In this document: positions 61,273-64,000 of the stretch, in pieces
How the letters are laid out: every line of letters begins with the position of its first letter
How positions within the stretch are numbered: the stretch's first letter is position 1
Assembly (NCBI GenBank): GCA_012026655.1
Contig: JAAILG010000916.1
Coordinates: 1-64,000, forward strand
Direction: 5' to 3'
From: Hydrolagus affinis
Lineage: Eukaryota
DNA length: 64,000 nt
Notes under the pieces: model-generated
What the model saw: only the letters and a program-made list of their open reading frames with translations
Told to the model about the DNA's origin: nothing
Database searches by the model: none
Made by a program: the position numbers and the translations under genes

Positions 61273-62342
61273 GTAAGAAACGTTTCATTCACAACCAAGA
61301 ATTTATATTCCAATGTCGTCGCTTATGTAATGTTAGGTTTGGATATTTCCTAGCTTCAATTGTACATTTCTAGCATGTTCTTATTTTTTATTTTCTTACC
61401 ACAAAAGTGTTTTAATGGTTTGTTCACTGTGGCAACATTCTGGCAACTGTGTGACTAATGTAAATGTGATCATTGCGAAAAACATATTATGCAGTTTATA
61501 CACTGCATTAATAATCTTTAATTGATTTTAAGTTCATTTCAGGTAATATGGACACATATTTCATATCAATACAATTGCATCTGGAATAGTTTGAAAGTGC
61601 TGCCTTCAAAGCCTTACAGAGTCAGAGGGAAAATTAGCAGAGGTGGCTGCCACTTCATAAGCTTTAATTTGAGTTGCAGATTTTATACAGTATTTGGAAA
61701 CTTGGTGGTTTCTGTTTCCCCAAGTTCTTTTTTTCTGCTTCCGTTCAGGTTGAGAAAAAGTTTCTCTTTGAGACGTTACCCTCTATGAAAGGCACTATAA
61801 AAGGCCTCGAGCAGCAATAAAGCGTATAAAGTTATTACATCACCCACTTGATGTGGATAACACTTCATAAAAGATGGAGTGATCAAATTGGATTACAGTA
61901 TTGAGAAGGAAATTGAGCCATTATCTTAAGAAATTAGGAATGAGATCAAATTTGAAAATCACTTCATACTTTCACAGAGAAGCAATTGATTGTGCAATGA
62001 AGTCTCATCGACCCACAGAAACTCCGTTCTGATCAACGCAGAACTAAGTTGCGGAGTTTCCGTGGGTGAGCACGATGCACTTCTGGTTCCCAGCAAGGTT
62101 GCCTATTTATGATTCAATATTCAAAAGCACCGGATTCACTACAGAACCATATTCCCCTTGTCATAAATGTTTCACAGTTGTACGAATCTCAGGCTTGACA
62201 GTCTCAAAGCTAAAAACGTAGGACAATTATTTTGATAACCATTAACAAATTGTAAACTACAATTGAAACATTTTGATAAGCAGTTGTATGTCTTTTGAGA
62301 AAATAGTAAAATGGCTTAAAGGATAAAATTTATATGTTGCAG

Positions 62343-62468
62343 TTCTGATTCAGGAACATCAGAGACTAGTATTTCGTCTCCTACCTCTCCAAGTCGAACT
62401 CGTAATGAAAAGAATGTTTTTTCCCGTCTCAGTATTCCCCAACTCTCTGTATCTGTCACTGAAGACAA
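62343..62468 (+). CDS. KIF21A: KIF21A exon 28 ([29 protein letters not shown]...); gene continues beyond the window
   Basis: SDSGTSE...RNE.NVF.RL motif; tgcag acceptor, gtaagt donor. Confidence 0.92.
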
Positions 62469-64000
62469 GTAAGTTTGAACCGCAGGTGGTAGCTGCTATA
62501 TTCTACAAAAAAAATTAAAACTATGTTTCTGCAGATAGCGACTGCTTTTCGTCTCCTTTGAATGCATATCCATTAGAATCTTGCAGATATGTAGGTCACT
62601 TAGCACGACCAAACCCATGCTACAGATCTCAGTGCACTAGCTAGATTGTAGTATTAAAACAATTATATTTAAATGTAGAAACTTCTAAAATGTAGAAACG
62701 TTACAATAAGCAATAAGACCTTAAGACAACAGAATTGTGAATAAGTTAATTTGCCTTCTGTTCATTTGTTTTATATAGCTTTGCAGTGTCCGGCCACAAT
62801 TAGCTGTGACTCAGAGAGTGCTCAGTGACGTTATTTGGTGCTGTGACTGTGAGGGGTAGGAAAACGGGGATGTTTAAATGTCTAAAACTCAATTTTTGCA
62901 GCTTTTTAGATCTGCCCAGCTGTAATTTTCAGAATTCACGATCTGGACAATTCAATTTTCCAAACAATATTTATCTGTCGAGCAGAATATTGCCACATTG
63001 ACTTGCTATGCCACTGCAATGCTGTCCATATGAGATAATTTCAGTAGAAATTGGAGTCATTCAAATGTAGCACTTCTGTATATGCTACCATTTTTGCTAA
63101 TGAGTTTCCTGTATTTGTTCAAGACTGCATATAACTTGATTAAATCTTTCACAGGCTACCATTGAAAAAGAGCCCACAAAATTTCTACATTATTAACCAG
63201 CTGTGTTCTAATGCAATACGATAGAAAATTACATTTGTATAGCGCCTTTCACATCAGGAGAATGTCCCAAGGGACTGAGTTCAAGGCAACCTTTTGGCAT
63301 GACTTGCAAAATTAGCAAGGATGCAGCAGGAAGATTTTCAACCAGAGCTCATTAATTCTGATAGTTTGGATGGAACCAAAATGCTAATCTCAGGTTTTGC
63401 TCGCCAAACATTCAGCAACTGCATTGACCACCATCCTTATTTAACTCCTACCATGGATCTCTATAATGTCAATTTTGGAACTGTTTGTTGAATTAGTGAT
63501 TCAACCAGGTTTCTTTACAATATATATATATATATTAAAAGCTTATATTTTGTGAGACAATTAAGGTACCATTTATATTCCAGCATTTCAGAGTAAAGTG
63601 GAATTCATTGAAGAAATTATGGTAAAAATGTCTTAAATGTCTCATTAACATTTGGTGTTTTACATTTTGATTCTGAATTACGCTTTTTCTCATTGTTTCG
63701 TCTTCTAATTATAAATTTAATTAGTTAATGGAATTCAAATGTACTAATGTTTACTGTGGTATGAGATGGCTTCATATAATTTTTTCAATGCTGTATTTTT
63801 TTAGCTTGTACGTTTCTCACCATAGAAGATTTATGACAAACAAAAGTGCCAAGCAACTTTTCACTGAAATGTCTTCTCTTTTCTGAATGTGATATGAAAC
63901 CGTTGCAGATTTCATAGTCCTCTTTCCTATGCCCTTTTCCTTTCTCTACCCCTTTCCCCTGCCTGCCCCAAAGTCTGAAATTGATTAGTCAAATAATCAA

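Overview
Vertebrate genomic DNA. The repeat landscape (tRNA-head SINE with an L2-type tail, L2 and CR1 LINEs, Penelope-like fragments) suggests a cartilaginous fish, probably a holocephalan; this is an inference. The window is dominated by one + strand gene, the kinesin-4 motor KIF21A. I traced 28 coding exons by eye from the ATG at 5806 to 62468 (3866 nt, about 1288 codons, all splice phases consistent), covering the motor domain, coiled-coil stalk and autoinhibitory region. The WD40 tail lies beyond the window. Notable gene features are a 21-nt microexon with neural splicing motifs (50719-50739), a required GC-AG intron (38059-38341) and a NAGNAG acceptor. Upstream lie a promoter module with paired ZNF143/THAP11-type motifs and the 3' end of a mariner transposon (1-162). 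Introns hold many SINE/L2/CR1 copies, two Tigger-like MITEs, several hairpins, an E-box cluster and a 100-N gap. Most ORF-track ORFs are spurious or transposon-derived. I found no clearly novel biological system; the findings are candidate regulatory and structural features. Repeat boundaries are approximate.
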